From: Squalus acanthias
Lineage: Eukaryota
Direction: 5' to 3'
DNA: 64,000 nt
Assembly: GCA_030390025.1 (NCBI GenBank)
Contig: CM059432.1
Location: 69,008,001-69,072,000 of the forward strand
The notes under the pieces are model-generated. The model was not told where the DNA came from and searched no databases. It saw nothing but the letters and a program-made list of their open reading frames with translations. The position numbers were made by a program, and so were the translations under genes. Each line of letters opens with the position of its first letter. Position 1 is the stretch's first letter. This document shows, piece by piece, positions 62,401-64,000 of this stretch.

Positions 62401-64000
62401 AACATAAGAACATAAGAAATAGGAGCAGGAGTCGGCCATACAGCCCCTCGAGCCTGCTCCACCATTCAATAAGATCATGGCTGATCTTCTACATCATCTC
62501 CACTTTCCTGAACTATCCCCATATCCCTTGATTCTTTTAATATTCAAAAATCTATCGATCTCTGTCTTGCATATACTCAACGACTGAGCCTCCACAGCCC
62601 TCTGGGGTAGAGAATTCTCTGAGTGAAGAAATTTCTCCTAATCTCAGTCCTAAATAGCCGACCCCTTATTCTGAGACTGTGACCCCTGGTTCTAGACTCC
62701 CCAGCCAGGGGAAACATCCTCCCTGCATCTATCCTGTCAAGCCCTGTAAGAATTTTGTATGTTTCAATGAGATCATAGACCTAGTCTACTCAATCTCTCC
62801 TCATAGGACAATCCTCCCATCCCAGGAACCAGTCTGGTGAACCTTCGCTGCACTCCCTCTATGGCAAGTATATCCAGTGTCAGCTGTGGCTCAGTTGGTA
62901 GCACACTCACCTCTGAGTCAGAAGGTTGTGGGTTCACTCCAGGGATATGAGCACATAAAGCTAAGCTGACACTCCAGTGCAGTGCTGAGGGAGTGCTGCA
63001 CTGTCAGAGGTGCTGTCTTTCGGAAGAGACGTTAAACTGAGGCCCCGTCTGCTTTCTCAGGTGGACGTAAAAGATACCATGGCCACTATTTTGAAGAAGA
63101 GCAGGGGAGTTCTCCCCGGTGTCCTGGCCAATATTTAACCCTCAATCAACATAACAAAAACAGATTATCTGGTCATTATCACATTGCTGTTTGTGGGAGC
63201 TTGCTGTGCGCAAATTGGCTGCCGCGTTTCCCACATTACAACAGTGACTACACTTCAAAAATACTTAATTGGCTGTAAAGCGCTTTGAGACATCCGATGG
63301 TCGTGAAAGGCGCTATATAAATGCAAGTCTTTCTTTCTTCCTTAGGTAAGGAGACTAAAACTGTACACAATATTCCAGATGTGGTCTCACCAGGGCCCTA
63401 TATAATTGCAGTAAGATGTCTTTACTCTTATACTCAAATCCTCTTGTAATAAAGGCCAACATACCATTTGCTTTCCTAATTGCTTGCTGTACCTGCATGT
63501 TAACTTTCAGTGATTCGTGTACAAAGACACCCAGGTCCCTCTGAACACCAACATTTCCCAATCTCTCACCATTTAAAAAATACTCTGCTTTTCTATTCTT
63601 CCTACCAAAGTGGATAACTTCACATTTCTCCACATTATATTCCATTTGCAATGTTCTTGGCCACTCACTTAGCCTGTCTATATCCCCTTGAAGCCTCCTT
63701 GCATCCTGCTCACAACTTACATTCCCACCCAGCTTTGTATCATCAGCAAACTTGGATATATTACATTTGGTCCCCTCATCCAAATCATTGATGTAAATTG
63801 TGAATAGCTGAGGCCCAAACACTGATCCTTGTGGTACCTGACGAGTTACAGCCTGCCAACCCGAAAATGACCCGTTTATTCCTACTCTCTGTTTTCTGTC
63901 CGTTAACCAATCCTCAGTCCATGTGAGTATATTACCCCCAATCCCATGAGCCCTAATTTTGTTTAATAACCTCTTGTGTGGCACCTTATCGAATGCCTTC
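62401..64000 (-). mobile_element. CR1 LINE, runs off the window end
   Basis: ORF 63355-63984 with FADD; CR1 tail at 62401. Confidence 0.95.
62876..63338 (+). mobile_element. Full-length Deu-domain SINE inserted in CR1
   Basis: tRNA-like head, Deu core, GGCGCTATATAAATGCAAG(TCTT)n tail; CR1 resumes on both sides. Confidence 0.9.

Overview
Repeat-saturated eukaryotic DNA, most likely a cartilaginous fish (Deu-domain SacSINE1-like SINEs, CR1 LINEs with TTCTTATG-type tails, L2 LINEs, Penelope elements). Most of the window appears to be intronic to an unidentified minus-strand gene, for which I find only tentative small exons. It is very rich in PIF/Harbinger DNA transposons: seven coding-derived copies (A-G) plus many MITEs, often nested. 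Copy B (15937-20285) looks fully intact, with a 432-aa DDE transposase, a spliced 3-exon ~495-aa Myb/SANT partner gene, TIRs and an AGA TSD. Other highlights: an intronless, degenerate HESX1/Anf homeobox retrocopy absent from the ORF track (44373-44620, minus); an apparent A(A/G)ACAC-NNN target preference of one Harbinger clade; a MITE family built from hairpins with compensatory changes between copies; and Penelope-derived minimal hammerhead ribozyme motifs. All calls come from reading the sequence by eye; no database searches were run, and some boundaries are approximate.
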